A DNA stretch of 64,000 nucleotides, from assembly GCF_009914755.1 (NCBI RefSeq), contig NC_060943.1. One strand, given 5' to 3'. This DNA is from the human T2T-CHM13v2.0 reference genome, Homo sapiens. Below, in pieces: positions 1 to 17,261 of the stretch (positions within the stretch are counted from its first letter, which is position 1; each line of letters starts with the position of its first letter). Made by a program: the position numbers and the translations under genes. Under the pieces are notes generated by a model. It did not search any database. It had not been told where the DNA came from and worked only from the letters and a program-made list of their open reading frames with translations.

Positions 1-488
1 CACCCATCTCGGCCCCGTAAGTGCTGGGATTACAGGCATGAGTCACTGCGCCAGCCCTAGTTTCTTAATTTTTACACATCAGGGTGGAAATATCTTGGTT
101 ATGTAATCAGAGTTTAATTGGCAGTTTATAGTTGGTTAAGCCTGAAGCTTGTTTCCGGCAATGTAGTAATTTACCAAAAAATGCTCTTGAGTTTAGATTA
201 TTTTTTAGAAGTAGAAATCCGGGGACTAGAGCCACCTCAGTCTAATTGCCTGCCACTTAATTATTTTCACACTCCGATGGTGACGGATTTTTCCCTGAAT
301 TTTTCACATGTGTGCCAAGCAGGACCTCAAGTCCACCCCTCATCCCATATTCCTCCAGCCTAACTCTGGCTTACAGCAAAATACTAAATTTCCAGTTTCG
401 TCTGATATTCCCAAATGCCAATTTCCCCTCCCTAATTCACTTTATCAACTATTTGTCCTTGAGTGTACATTTTTATATTATTTTAATC

Positions 489-811
<323 letters not shown>

Positions 812-1329
812 TAATAAAATAATTGTCTGAAAGGAATAAATGATTTTGCTTTTCTTACTGAGATATAAAATGTAAGCACCTTAAAAGTTTCTTCCCTTAT
901 GTGAACACTGTGTTTGAGTAATATTGCTGAATTTTTCTAACACTTAGTTTCACAAACCAAGTTAATAACTCTGACATGGAAATTAAAGCTTAAGCCCAGT
1001 GACTCCAAGCTGAGGCTAATATTGAGCCTGCAAAAGGAGGTTATTAAGGCCCAGTTCCTTTTGGGGAACCTCCCCTGCAAATTTCCCAACCTGATTATCC
1101 AAGACATGGAAGAAGCCTCTATACTGAGAGAAACTACAGAGCCTTGGAATGCTGGGGATCCACAGGCAGATGCAGATAAGGTTAATATAAAGGAGATTGG
1201 GAGGGTCTTACTGAAGATGGAGTTGTTATTGTTTTGAGGCAGTTTCTAGACTTTTAAAAATAAAACAGATGTATATAAAAAATTGAATTTCGAAGGAGTA
1301 TTGCAACAGGAGAAAGTAGCAACTATAAG

Positions 1330-1571
1330 TTTTTTTGTTTTTGTTTTTGTTTTTTTTTTTTGTGACAGAGTCTAGCTCTGTCACCCAGGCAGCCTCCTGA
1401 GTAGCTGGAATTACAGGCACGCACCACCAAGCCCGGCTAATTTTTGTATTTTTAGTAGAGACGGGCTTTCACCATGTTGATCAGGCTAGTCTCAGACTCC
1501 TGACCTCGTGATCTGCCCGCCTCGGCCTCCCAAAGTGCTGGAATTACAGGTGTGAGCCACCGCGCCAGGCC
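1330..1571 (-). mobile_element. Alu with an internal deletion in the right arm
   Basis: T-rich tail; jumps from ctgtcacccaggc directly to agcctcctgagtag; ends cgcgccaggcc. Confidence 0.85.
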
Positions 1572-2219
1572 AAGAGTTTTAAAGATTGCAAAGATTAGGC
1601 AGAAAAGGGCTTTGCCTTCCAGAGAAAAGCAAACAAGATTAGAAAGGAGGTTGGAGGGGAATGTTTAAATTGAGTGTAATAAAATCAGATTTTAGATTAG
1701 AGAATGTTTTACCCGGACGTCAGTATGTTCTTAGGAGGGACATAAAATGGGGTTGTATGGTGGCTCAGACTGAGGGTAAGCTCAAAGTTCATATCCTGTG
1801 GGAAGAGAATAAACCTAAGCTTGATTAAGAAGTATTTTATGTTGACTACTGAAGACAAAGTCAGCTTGTTTTTCAGTGAGTAAAAAGAAAAAGTACAAAG
1901 CGTTTTTCTGGCTGTGTGATAGGTAAGAAAACAGCACCATTTCAGTCATAATGGAAAGAGGTGGTTTTCTTTTTTTTTTTTTCCCTTAAAGTCTTCCTGG
2001 AGAACACAAAGGATGAGAATTTTATTGATCACAGCTGTTTCTCACCTTTGTGCTTCATCTTTTCCCACCTTTTTTCTTGGTTCAATACATTTATTTCACT
2101 TTTTTGGGGTTGTATCTTTTTTTTTTTGAGACTGAGTTTTGCTCTTGTTTTATTTGTATTTTATTGTATTGTATTTGTATTTTATTTTCTTTGTATTTTA
2201 TATTATGTTATGTATTTTG

Positions 2220-2817
2220 TTTGGAGACAGGGTCTCAGTCTGTTGCCTAGGCTGAAGTGCAGTGGCATGATCTTGGCTCACTGCAGCCTCAACCTTCCAG
2301 GCTCAAGCAATCTTCTTTTTTTTTTTCTTTTGAGACAGTCTCACTTTTGTTGCCCAGACTGGAGTGCAATGGCGTGATTTTGGTTCAGTGCAACTTCCTC
2401 CTCCGGAGCTCAGGTGATTCTTCTGTCTCAGCTTCCTGAATAGCTGGTATTACAGGTGCCCACCACCATCATGCCCAGCTAATTTTTGTATTTTTAGTAG
2501 GGACAGGATTTCACCATGTTGGCCAGGATGGTCTTGAACTCCTGACGTGGTGATCTGCCTGCCTCGGCCTCCCAAAGTGCTGGGGTTACAGGTGTGAGCC
2601 ATCCCGCCAGGCCAAGCAATCCTCTTGTACCTCAGACTTCCAAGTAGCTGGGACTACAGGCATGCACCACTAAACCTAGCTAATTTTTCTTTTCGTATTT
2701 TTTTAGAGATGGGATTTTTCCATATTGCTCAGGGTGGTCTTAAACTCCTGAGCTCAGGCAATCCACCTGCCTTGGCCTCTCAAAGTGCTGGGATTACAGG
2801 CATGAGCCATTGTGCCT
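2220..2817 (-). mobile_element. Older Alu (AluJ-like) interrupted by a nested AluS-like element (~2318-2613)
   Basis: TSD aagcaatc[t/c]tctt at 2305-2317 and 2614-2626 flanks the inner Alu; the outer Alu resumes after it. Confidence 0.85.
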
Positions 2818-2819
2818 GA

Positions 2820-5800
2820 TCATACCGTATTTTCTTTATTCAGTCTACCATTGATAGGCATTCAAGTTGATTCCATGTCTTTGTTATTGTGACTAGTGCT
2901 GCAGTGAACACGCTTGTGCATGCGTCTTTATGATAGAATAATTTGTATTTCTTTGGGTATATACCCAATTATGAGGTTGCTTGGTGAAATGGTAATTCTG
3001 TTTTTAGTTCTGTGAGGAATTACCATACTGCTTTTTACAATGGTTGAATTAATGTACACTCTTTAACAGCAGTGTATAAGTATTCCCTTTTCTCTGCAAG
3101 CTTGACAGCATCTATTTTTTAACTTTTTAATAGCCCTTCTCACTGATGTGAGATGGCATCTTGTGGTTTTTCTTTGCATTTCTCTAATGATTATTGATGA
3201 GCATTTTATTACATGCTTGTTAGCCACGTTTGTCTTCTTTTGAAAAGCATCTTTTTCATGTTTTTTGTCTACTTGTTAGTGAGGTCTTTTTTTTCTTGTA
3301 AACTTGTTTAAGTTTGTTATAGATTCTGGATATTACACCTTTGTCAGAAGCATAGTTTGCAAATATTTCCTATTATTCTGTGGTTGTCTGTTTACTGTGT
3401 TGATAGTTTCCTTTGCTGTGAAGAAGCTCTTTAGTTTAATTAGGTCCAATTTGTCAATTTTTGCTTTTGTTGCAATGGCTTTTGGTATCTTCATCATGAA
3501 ATCTCTGCCAGTTTCTATGTCTAGAATGGTATTTCCTAAATTATCTTCCAGGGTTTTTTATAATTTTCAAATAAATATTTCAGCCTTTAATTAATGTTGA
3601 GTTGATTTTTGTATATGGTGTAATAAAGTTTCAGTCTTCTACATACTGCTAGCTAGTTATTCCACCACCATTTATTAAATAGGGAATTCTTTCCACATTT
3701 CTATTGTCATCTTTGTTGAAGATCAGATGGTAGTAGGTATGTGGCATTATTTCTGGCCTCCCTATTCTGTTGCATTGGTCTATGAGTTTGTTTCTGTACC
3801 AGTTCCATGTTGCTTTGTTTACTGTAGCTCTGTAGTATAATTTGAAGTTAGGTAATCTAATGCCTTCAGCTTTGTTGTTTTTGCTTATGATTACCTTGGC
3901 TATTTGGACTCTTTTGGTTTTATATGAATTTTACAATAGTTTTTTTTTTTTTAGTTAAAGATATTTTGGTCATCTGATTAGAATAGCATTAAATCTGTAA
4001 ATATTGGGGTTAGTATGACCATTTTTAGGATATTGATATTTTCTACTTATGAGTGTAAAGTTGTTTTCCATTTGTTTGTGCCATTTCTTACTTCTTTAAG
4101 CGTTGTTTTGTAATTCTTATCATAGAGATCTTTCACCTTCCTGATTAGCTGTATTCCTAGATATTTTGTTCTTTTTGCAGCAATTGTTAATGGTATTGTG
4201 TTTATAATTTGTATTTGGCATGGATGTTGCTGATTTACAGGGATGATACTAATTTTTGTACATTTATTTTGTATCCTTAATGATACTGAAGTTGTCTGTA
4301 AGTTTAAAGAGTTTTTCCACCAAGACTATACAGTTTTCCAGACATAGAGTTATGTTGTCTGCAAAAAGGGATAGCTTGACTTCCTCTCTGTTTAAGTTCC
4401 TTTTTTTGTTGTCTTTTGCCTGATTGCTCTGACCAGGACTTCCTATTTTATGTTGAATAGAAGTGTTGAGAGAAGGCATCTTTGCCTTGTGCCAATTTTT
4501 GAGGATGAATGCTTCAAGCTTGTTTTTTTCCTTTAATTTTGAGATAGAGTCTCCCTTTGTCTCCCAGGCTGGATTGCAGTGGCACAATCTTGGCTCACTG
4601 CAGCCTCTGCCTTCTGGTTTATGCAATTCTCTTTCCACAGCCTGTAAAGTAATTGGGATTACAGGCACCCCTGGCTAATTTTTGCATTTTTAGTAGAGAT
4701 GGGATTTTGCCATGTCAGCCAGGTTGATCTCAAACTCCTGACCTCGGGTGATCTGCCTGCCTTGGCCTCCCAAAGTGCTGGAATTACAGGCATGAGCCAC
4801 TGCACCCATCTGCTTCCAGGTTTTGTCCATTCAGTATGTTGGCTGAGAGTTTGTCATAAATAACTTATTATTGTAAAGTATGTACTTTTAATGCCTAGGT
4901 TTTTGAGTTTTTAACATAAAAGATGTTATATTTTATCAAAAGCCTTTTCGGCATCTATTGAGGTAATCTTGTGGTTTCTGTCTTTAGTTCTGTTTATGTG
5001 GTGAATCACATTTATTGATTTGATTTGTGTATGTTGAACCAACCTTGCATTCCCAAAATAAATTCTACTTGATCATCGTGGGTTAGCTTTTTTGATATGC
5101 TGCTAAATTTGGTTTGTCAGTATTTTGTTGAGGATTTTTGCATGAATGTTGAAAGATATTGGCCTGATTTTTTTTTTTTTTAATCTCAGCCAGGTTTCAG
5201 TATCAGAATAATGCTGTTCTTATATAATAAGTTGGAGAAAAGTTACTTTTTCTTAATTTCTTAAAATAGTTTCAGTAGAAATAATACCAGCACTTTTTTG
5301 TACACAGCTGTGAATCTGTCTGGTCCTTGGCTTTATTTGGTTGGTTGGCTCTTTATTACTAATTCAATTTTTGAGCTTCTTACTCATCTATTTAGGGCTT
5401 TGATTTCTTTTTTGTTCATTCTTGGAAGGATGTATTTGTTCAATAATATTTTCATTTTTTCTAGATTTTCTTGTTTGTGTGCACAGAGGTATTCATAGTA
5501 GACTTAAATATATTTTTGTGGGGTCAATAGTAATGTCTCCTGTTATTTCTAATTGTGTTTACTTGGATCATCCCTTCTTCCTTCATTAATCTAGCTAGTG
5601 GTTTATCTTATTTTTTTTTTTCATAGACTTAATTCCTGGATTTCTTGATACTGATTTTGGTTATTTCTTGTCTGCTGCTAGCTTAGGGATTGATTTGCTC
5701 TTGCTTCTTTCATTCTTTTATTTATGATGTCAGGTTGTCAAATGAAGATCTTTCAAACTTTTTTAGCATTAAATGCTATAAATTTCCCTTTTAAACACTA

Positions 5801-6500
5801 CTTTAGCAGTATTGCAGATATTCTGATGTGTTGGTTTTTTATTTTTATTTATATTTATTTATTTATTTATTTTGAGATGGATTTTCGCTCTTGCTGCCCA
5901 GGCCAAGTGCAATGGCACGATCTCAACTCACTGCAACCACTGCCTTCCAGGTTCAAACGACTCTCTGGCCTCAGCCTCCCAAGTAGCTAGGATTATAGGC
6001 ATGTGCCACCATGATGGGCTAATTTTTGTATTTTTAGTAGAGATGGGGTTTCACCATCTTGGCCAGGCTGGTCTCAAACTCCTGACCTCATGATCTGCCT
6101 GCTTTGGCCTCCCAAAGTGCTGGGATTACAGGCATGAGCCACCATGCCCAGCCCTGGCCTGTTTTTTTGTTCTTATTTGTTTAAAAGAACTTCTGGGTTT
6201 TTGCCTTAATTTCATTATTTATCAAGAAGTTATTCAAGTGCCGGTTGTTTAATTTTTATGTAATTGTATGGTTTCAAGTTGTTTTCTTTTTGTTGAATTA
6301 TATTTTTGTCAAGCTGAAGAGTTCTGTAGATGTCTATTAGGACTATTTGGTCAAGTGTTGAGTTTAGGTTCTAATGTTTTGTTAATTTTCTTCTTCAGTT
6401 ATCTGTCTATTAGTGCCTGTGGGATGTTGTAGTCTCCCACTATTGTTGTGTCAGAATCTAAATCTCTTCATAGGTCTCTAAGAACTTGCTTTATTCATAT
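2820..6500 (-). mobile_element. Degenerate L1 (ORF2 to 3' region), interrupted by Alus at ~4521-4810 and ~5835-6153
   Basis: Typical antisense L1 motifs. The minus-strand ORF at 4264..4668 contains L1 ORF2 RT-like text ([11 protein letters not shown]). Confidence 0.85.
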
Positions 6501-8677
6501 GAACCCATGAATTTTATATAACACCTTTCTCTTTTCTGCTTTTTCTTCCGTAAACATTCTTTCCTGTGTGCACAATGTGCAAAATGTAGATGTCCATGAG
6601 TTCAAGAACATGTTTAGAGACCTAGCTGTTGTAAAAGAAAATATAAATTAGAAATAAGAGGCTTAATTAGTCCACATAAAAATAAGAGAAAATATCTTAC
6701 TAAAATCTCTTTTCTTAAAACACTTAGATTATGTGTAGATTTTTATCTCCTTTTTTTGAAATATATGTAAATCATTAACAGCTAAATAAATCTTTGTTAT
6801 GTATTTATTTTTTTTTTACTCACGATTGTCTTTATCTGGGACCTGAGATTAATTGCTTTGTTTCTGCTTTGGCAAAAGGTTATTCTTATTATTTTTAGTC
6901 TTTTAAAGTTGACACAGATTTGTTCACAGTAAAACTCATTCCAAGAGCACACAAAAGTTTAGCATAAAAATAGGATTAAATTTAGCAAAACAGAATTATA
7001 AGGACTAAAAGATATTGGTAATTTGATTGACAGAAACCTGTTTATCCAACATGATTATTTACAGGCTGAAGTACTTACACTACAAAAGCAAAAATAGTAC
7101 AGTTTATAAACTGAACAGTGGAGTATGTTGTCATACCTTGGTTTCTATTTATTACTTCAGGACAATTAGCATAGTTATGTGTGGTGTTGTTAGACAACCT
7201 GCATTCATATACATTTAATAGTATTTTCTACAATAGTATGAATATAAAGCCACAATGTCTACTTTGAATGAATTCCTTAATTCTTTTATTATTGTGATTC
7301 ATACTTTTGAAATGTAAAGTTTTTCAATTGAAATACAGTTACAGAAATTTTTTAAAAAATCCTACATACATTATGACTAGTATGTTAAAATTATTCCTAC
7401 TTACATATTTATATCTAATATCCAAAGAAATTTTACTACCACATTGTTACAGTAGATATTAGTCTGCTATGCTTATTAATTTAACCAATAGAGATAATTA
7501 TAAGTAAGCATAATTTCAATGTCTTTCATTTCACAAATTGGAATGCTGCTATTGTAGGACAAATAAAGACAGATGATGTGGCCACCCAAAAACTGTAGTC
7601 TCCAGTTAGCTACCTTGCAGGTTCATGTATATTCCACTATATTAACACAGTCAGATTTTATTTTTTTATCAAAGTGCTGGTGGAAGTTGTCAGATATATT
7701 TGAATATAGATTCTGCATTCAAAGGCTAGAAAATTAGAGAGCAGCAGAGATAGAAAAAATATTTTATGATTCTGCTGATAATATACCTCTTTTCTTCATA
7801 ATACTCATGTTTCTCATGCTGAGAGTAGCTATGCACTTTGGGCATTTAGAGAGAAATTGTTTTTGCAGGAATATTTTCTGGCTGACTTGATCAATCTTAT
7901 ATCTAATTTCAGTTTTTTCTTAAGATGCTTTTAACTTCTTTTTTTTCTCTCAATATAATCTTTCTCAGAGTGAGAGCTGTTTTTCTGTAGAATGCTTTGT
8001 GTATCTGTTTTAGAAGCCCTATTAGTATCCCATAATGTCTGTGAAAGACGTGGCTGTCACAGTGAGAACTCTTGGAGCTATCTCTATCTGGATGCATGCT
8101 GGAAATCTAGCAGTATATTTTCCATGTCACCATTATAAATAGAAACTGTGGCTTAAATAATGCTCTCATTTCCGTTATTGTGAAGGTGCAGTTCTACCCA
8201 GGGAGGCTCTCTTCCTGCAGCTCAGGCTTCACTCTTTGATGTGACACTAAAGTGCTGCTATGGCAATTGGCGTTCACCTATGATGTGAGCTGCCAGCTGT
8301 GAGCCCTGTGCTGTGGTCCGTACCGCAGTGGCAGATGGTAGGAAACAAAAGAGGACACTGGCCACCAGAAGAGGGGAAGCAGGAGTGCACTAGTCAAGTC
8401 CTCAGGGAGTAGAGAGCCAGTGCTTTAAAATGCAAGTAGCCAAAAAGATAGCACCCTATTCAACCACTTTTGTAGAAGAGTGAAAGTCTGCCTTCAGCAG
8501 GCAGCTGGCTTCAAGTTGCAGAACTATCTTGTCATGAAGATGTGAAAAGGTTATTTTGTCATTGAATATAACCAATTAGCATATATGGATGACCTCCCCA
8601 ATGTCCAGGTGAATTTAGGATGAACTATGTATGACATGGTGCTGTGAATTCTTCTACTTGTGAACTATTTATGGTAA

Positions 8678-9082
<405 letters not shown>

Positions 9083-9251
9083 CTCTTTCTTTTCTATTAT
9101 TGTGGTTTCTCTGGGGCTGAAGAGAATTTTTTAAAAATTATATTTCCTAGAATTACCGGACATAATATAAACAAATAAGGTGCCAACCAAGCTTTACTCT
9201 AGAGGGGACTTTCCCTCTCAGGCTTCTAGCCAACTCACGGTTATGCTGTAA

Positions 9252-9653
<402 letters not shown>

Positions 9654-9925
9654 TAGATTTCTACAAACTTAATAGGGCAGATATTAACCATTTTACTTCT
9701 TTCAATGACTCTTGTATCTTCAGACCTGAAACTGATTCAGAGACCATGGAGCCCAGAAACCCAATCAGTGTAACAAGTGTGCATTGAGTAGACATGGAGA
9801 CATGAGAATCTCCACTTCTCTTTTTCTCCTCTTGCTAAAATGCTCACAATTGCAGGTAACACCTGCTGCTACTCCACCCATCCAGGACCTAAATCTGCAG
9901 CTCCAAATTCTAAATCTAGGTCTAG

Positions 9926-10285
<360 letters not shown>

Positions 10286-12619
10286 CAGTCTTTTTACTTA
10301 TAAAACTCAGACATTAAAATAAGAGCACAATTATGTCTTTCTCCCTACTTTCAACTATATATTGATCTCTTGAAGCTGTTCACTATTGCCAAAAGTAGGT
10401 ATAAGTTAAACCAATAATAAGTTATTTATTTAAACAAATAAGAATTTCTCACAAACTAGTTTGTATCACCCCACTCTCTATCTCTCTTCTTTTTTTCCCT
10501 TCACAAATCCACTTGTAATTGCTGCTAATCAGTATAGATTCCAGGCATCTTGAATATTTCTTCTCAAGTTACAATGCTTAAGCTTGGCCCCAATAAACTG
10601 TGTACTTATATTCATGTTGTGTCAGCTTTTTTTTAGGTGAAATATTATTTAGAATTTTCTAGAGCAGTCTCTGTGAGTAGATTTCTCCTTTGATTGTACT
10701 CGCTGTAACAGCCAAAAATGCAAAGTGATGTTGATTTTATCTAGAATCTGCACATAAGGTCTGGTCTCTGCCTGGAATTTACAAGACAGGGCCAGACTTT
10801 AGATTGAGAATGTACAGAAAACCAACAGGAGGCATTTTCTGCATTGTGAGATGTCCACATAGACACTTCAGATCCCTCCTTTGAGAGTGTGGCTCTTTGA
10901 ACTTTTCACATCGCTACCTTTATGTGAGAGGCTACAGGTTTAAATAGAATCTGATGGCAGAATCTCTAAGTGTAAACAAGCATCTTAGGAGTGAGAGATC
11001 AAGGCCACAAAGTAGCCAGAGCCCTGAGCACAACTATAGCTACCTGGAAAATGTGATACTGGAGTGTTATTGTCCAAAAGCTAGCTAATCAGGACAGGAG
11101 ATCCAGGTTCTGGAGCTCCACCAGGATAGTTTCATTTTCTTTTTAGAATCAGCCTGAGTCTCTCCTGCTGGCTTATTATTGGTCCATCAGCCCAGGGTCA
11201 CTGGAAATGCTCTCACAATCACCCAGGCATCTGAGACATTTGAGAATCTCCAGAACAATTGTGTCAGGCTGACAAGAGTGGTTAATTTTGCTTCTGTCTT
11301 ACTGTAAAATAAATGAATCATCTGGTGTGTGTTCCTCCCATCATACAAGAGATGTCTTTGGTTGGTACCCAGATGAGAGTTTCTCTGGTTCCCTGGTACT
11401 TGAGTGAAAAACAAGGAGGAGGTCTGGAGACTCAAACAGATAAACAAATTGATTCCATTTCATATAGTCATTAGAAAAATAGATGAAGCAGTCATGGTCC
11501 CTACCATGCAAGAACTTTTAGTCTTGACTATCAACTGCATAAGTGGTTTAATTATGCATCATATGGTGGGTACAATAAATAGACATGTGCAAAAATATGG
11601 GATATATTTGCACCATTTTCTTTATATTGTTAAGACTTCTGATGTCTACACCTGAACATATATTTATAAACAAGAGTTATTATTTGCATTTTTTAGCTTG
11701 CTAAGAACACTTATTTATCTTCTAAAAAACTATTTTAGAAAACCTTAAGAGATTTGTTAAATTGCTTATTAGTATGTGATATAACCTTGAGAGGGGAGTG
11801 GGGTTTAAAAAGATTAAAAATTATACAAACTCTGAGATTTAAGTTTTTTTTTTTTTTGGTACACTTAAAAAATGAAACAGAACTGAAAATACTCCCCAGT
11901 GGCACAAAAAACAGAATTTTACATTAGCTCTACACCCTGTCCCAACCCTGATCAGATTCACCCTTTTTGAAGACCTTATTTAGGTGTGGCCATACTCTGG
12001 AGTCTTGCCTCACAGAACTAACTAGAAGAGATCAGAGTTTTGGGTGATGCATCCTGTTGCTTTTTTAGGGTTGGTGCTCATGATTTTCTGAAACCCAAAA
12101 GCAGATAAATGGAAAATATAAAATATGATTTATAGGGTCTTAATTAAAAAATTTTTTTTTAAAACCATTGTTTGCAGAGACATTACATTTAGCAACTTGT
12201 TTTCTCTCCCTGCAGATATAGTTGTTGATTCACAAATCACAAAATAGTAAATATAAACACAACAAAAATTCATCTAAATTATATGAAACTCTATCTGTAT
12301 CCCTCTCATCTGTCTATATTTATATTCTATACATTTTTTTAAAAAATCAGTGACAGATAAACAGAAGAAGAAATAAAAATGCTGGGTTCTTATTCTAAAT
12401 CCTTGGAATTATTGAACACAGTATAAACTCACAGGGTTTTATCAGAATTAAATAATGGGTCATCACAGTGCTCTGTAACGTCTTATTGAGAACACAGTAC
12501 CTGCTTAATAAACATTGCATTAGTACATGTGTACATGTTGTTTTCTAAATGCAGACTTACTCAGAAATTGCTGCTTTCTGTTTTCTCTGTAAACTTTAAA
12601 GAGCCAGGAAATAATATGA

Positions 12620-13023
<404 letters not shown>

Positions 13024-13571
13024 TGTGCCTCATTTTTCTAAACAGTGCTAATAATGAGCCCAGAGAGAGCGACATCAGCACTGACAGGGGACTTCTTTAA
13101 AACACCCATTTATGGACCCTTTCCAAACCCACAGAATCGTATTACATAGAGTGGGGCCAAATTTACGAAGTGATTTATAAGCTCATTAAAGCTTGAGTAG
13201 CAATGCTTAGGTAAGTGGTTATAAGCCCAGACTTCTAATTAGAATCACATGGCCAATTTGCAGAACTCTCTTGTGCCCTTTTCACAGTTTGCTTAATGTT
13301 CTGGGTGAAAGCGTCTATTTGTTTTAATTAAGTGTCTCATGTGACTCTAATTTGCCAGAATCAAGTATGACGAGTTCAAGATACATTTATGAGAGTTAAG
13401 TGCCGCCTTTGCACTAAAGAGGGGTCCAGGAACCTGTTCTGTTTGGGTTTGTTAAGGACAGGACAGTGTGGCTTAGGTAAGGACAGGACAGTGTGGCCAA
13501 TATTTCTATTACTGTAGCAGAAATTGCTAGTGTCTGTAGCAGAGGAGAGAACCTGAGGACCAAAAAAATAA

Positions 13572-13903
<332 letters not shown>

Positions 13904-14427
13904 GCAGAGAAACTTATAGTTCCTAAATCATTTCTGTTATAAAGGACAGAAATGGGTAGAGTTTTTCTGTCTTGGGCTTTCTGCCTTTAGGTGTGGTGGT
14001 AAGAGATGAACGTGGTGCTCAAAGTTTTTAAGGCATATTCTCAAGATGCAGGTATAATTAGTCCAGAAAATGTCATCTGAGAAATAATTCTAGAGGAGGA
14101 GGAGAAAGAGAAAAAATGACTTTTTTTCAGCTAAACATTTCTGACATCAAGAGCTGTGTCTGCTGTGCCTCCTGGATTGCCATGTGCTTAGTATGTGCAA
14201 ATCTTTACTTCTAAACGTGTGTTTTTTCTCCCTAATGAGTTTTTCTTAACTACTTTTATAAATGCTTATGATAGTCAAGGGTCTCTGAAAAATATTTCGT
14301 TTCTATATATCACAGACTTCTCTACATCACGACTTCTTATATGCCATGCAGAATTCTCACCATGAATTCGTGATCTGCAATATTAAAAATGTTGTCTTTG
14401 GCTGTTGAACATGGATAGGTGTGGATT

Positions 14428-14781
14428 ATCTATCTGTCTGTCTGTCAATCTATCTATCTATCTATCTATCTATCCTTCTTTCTTTCTTTTTTTTTTTTTT
14501 TGAGACGGAACCTCACTCTGTCGTCCCCACTGGAGTGAAGTGGCATGATCTCGGCTCACTGCAGCCTCCACATCCCGGGTTCAAGCAATTCTCCTGCCTC
14601 AGCTTCCTGAGTAGCTGGGATTACAAGCATGCATCATCACACTCAGCTAATTTTTGTATTTTTAGTAGAGACGGGGTTTTACCATGTTGGTCAGGCTGGT
14701 CTCAAACTGCTGACCACATGATCCACCCGCCTCAGCCTCCCAAAGTGCTGGGATTATAGGCATGAGCCACAGCATCCAGCA
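14428..14781 (-). mobile_element. (CTAT/CTGT)n microsatellite followed by an Alu
   Basis: tctatctatc repeats, then poly-T and the Alu body. Confidence 0.88.
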
Positions 14782-14942
14782 ATGATACTCTAGATTTCTA
14801 TGGGGAAAACCTGGGATTCTTAGTAAAGATGGAGAACATGTAATGTTGAGGTTCCTTCTGTGTTCTTAATGGCATTACACCATTAAGAAATTGCTCATTT
14901 AAACAGAATGGCATTTATTACCCAAAAAGTTCTGAGAAAAGT

Positions 14943-15276
<334 letters not shown>

Positions 15277-16264
15277 CTAAAGAGAGACTACTTAAAGTCA
15301 CTATTAAAAATTGTAGAACATGGAAAATATCTCTATCTTGGACTTTCCATATAACCGATGTTTTCTTATGGTTAAATTGAGAATGTAATTTACTTTAGTG
15401 GGGGGCCATATCTCAGTAGTGATGCTGTGTCCTTCTGGGTGCATCAGCACACTATAAAAACTTGTTCGAGTGCATTTGATGTTAATAACTCACTTGCTTA
15501 ATAAACTCTCTTACAGATTTTTGCACTATAGAGGTTTTTTTTCCTCTTCATCATTAAGTATCTTTATGCAGCTGATGTCCATAAACCATCACATTTAATC
15601 TGGCAGCTGCCCTGTTTTTGAGGTTTTCTTTGTATTTATCTTTCTTTGGTAAATGAAAGCTCTCATCTTTGTTTACAGGCCAGAAAAACTGAAAAAGACA
15701 CAGGCTCTTCCACTTACTGGATGTTTGACAAAATGATATTTTGGGGCCAAAACATTGGCATTACTGGTAAACTTGGTAGAGATTCAGTAACTCAGACTTT
15801 ATTTCAGATCTCCTGAAAAAATAATCTGCATTAACATGATGTCCAGTTTATTGTACACATTAAAATTTGAGTGGTACCTTCTAAGTCAACATGTCTATTT
15901 TGTCTGAAAAATGTAAAGAACTATGTCTTTTTCATCTGAAAAACATATACAACTCATTCTGTATTATGTAAATATAGTACTCAAAAATGTGCATGTTAGT
16001 GTCTATGCCCTCAATTTTATACTTTATCATCCAGACAAGTATCATATATACACTGATGTTGTGGATATTATGCCACTCTCTTTTCTCAGAGTTAGAGAAT
16101 ACATTAGAAAAGGTTTGTGTGTTGACAATTATTTTATTGGATAATTTCAGTCACTCTTATAAGTCAGAACCAGTTTTATTTACTCTCTCATTTTGCCTTG
16201 AGTCAAATGGAAAATTCTGCCAATGGCCACTTTGTACATATGTGTGTTTGTGTGTCTTTTCCAG

Positions 16265-16378
16265 GGACTCTTGACGTTTAGGTATGTGGCCATAGAATTC
16301 TCTCTGGAGGAGTAGCAGTGCCTGGACACTGCACAGCAGAATTTATAGAGGAATGTTATGAAAACCTGGCCTTCCTGG
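16265..16378 (+). pseudogene. KRAB-A exon, disabled
   Basis: ttttccag| [30 protein letters not shown]... |gtgagg. TAG at 16313 and 16346. 114 nt against the usual 127 (LENYR segment lost). Confidence 0.92.
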
Positions 16379-16695
16379 GTGAGGATAACTTTAATACAAA
16401 ATTCCTTATATAAACTAAAGGTTTCATTTCTCTTTTGTAGAATGTTTTCTGGTAATTTATGCTTTCAAATTTCTGTTTTCAAGAAAATCCTGGGGATTTG
16501 TCTGTTTAGAAAAGAATTTCTTCAAGATATTTCATCTTGACCTGAACTTTCCACATTCCTGAGCGGATCTGTGTCCTTCACTTTAGATTATTGGTAATTT
16601 CAGAAGTTTAGTTGCATAAAATATTGTTACTCACACCTTAAAATCTAATTATCATCACCAATTTTTGATTCAGTAGTACCAGGCAGTGAAATTAA

Positions 16696-17003
<308 letters not shown>

Positions 17004-17165
17004 AATAAAAGTATTTTCTAAATATTTAAACATTTCTGTTATAAATTAGTATATTGGGATAAATTTATTAGAATATTCTATTATATCCTCTTTACTGAAC
17101 ACATTACTAAGTTGGTAATTGGAGAATATGAGCAAGATTCATGTTAGTTATTTTTAATAAAACAG

Positions 17166-17261
17166 GTATTACTGTCTCTAAGCCAGACCTGATCACCTAT
17201 CTGGAGCAAGAAAAAGAGCCCTGGAATATGAAGTGACATGAGATGGTGGATGAACCCCCAG
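17166..17261 (+). pseudogene. KRAB-B exon, disabled
   Basis: aaacag| [31 protein letters not shown] |gtaggt. 96 nt; TGA at 17234. Confidence 0.92.
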
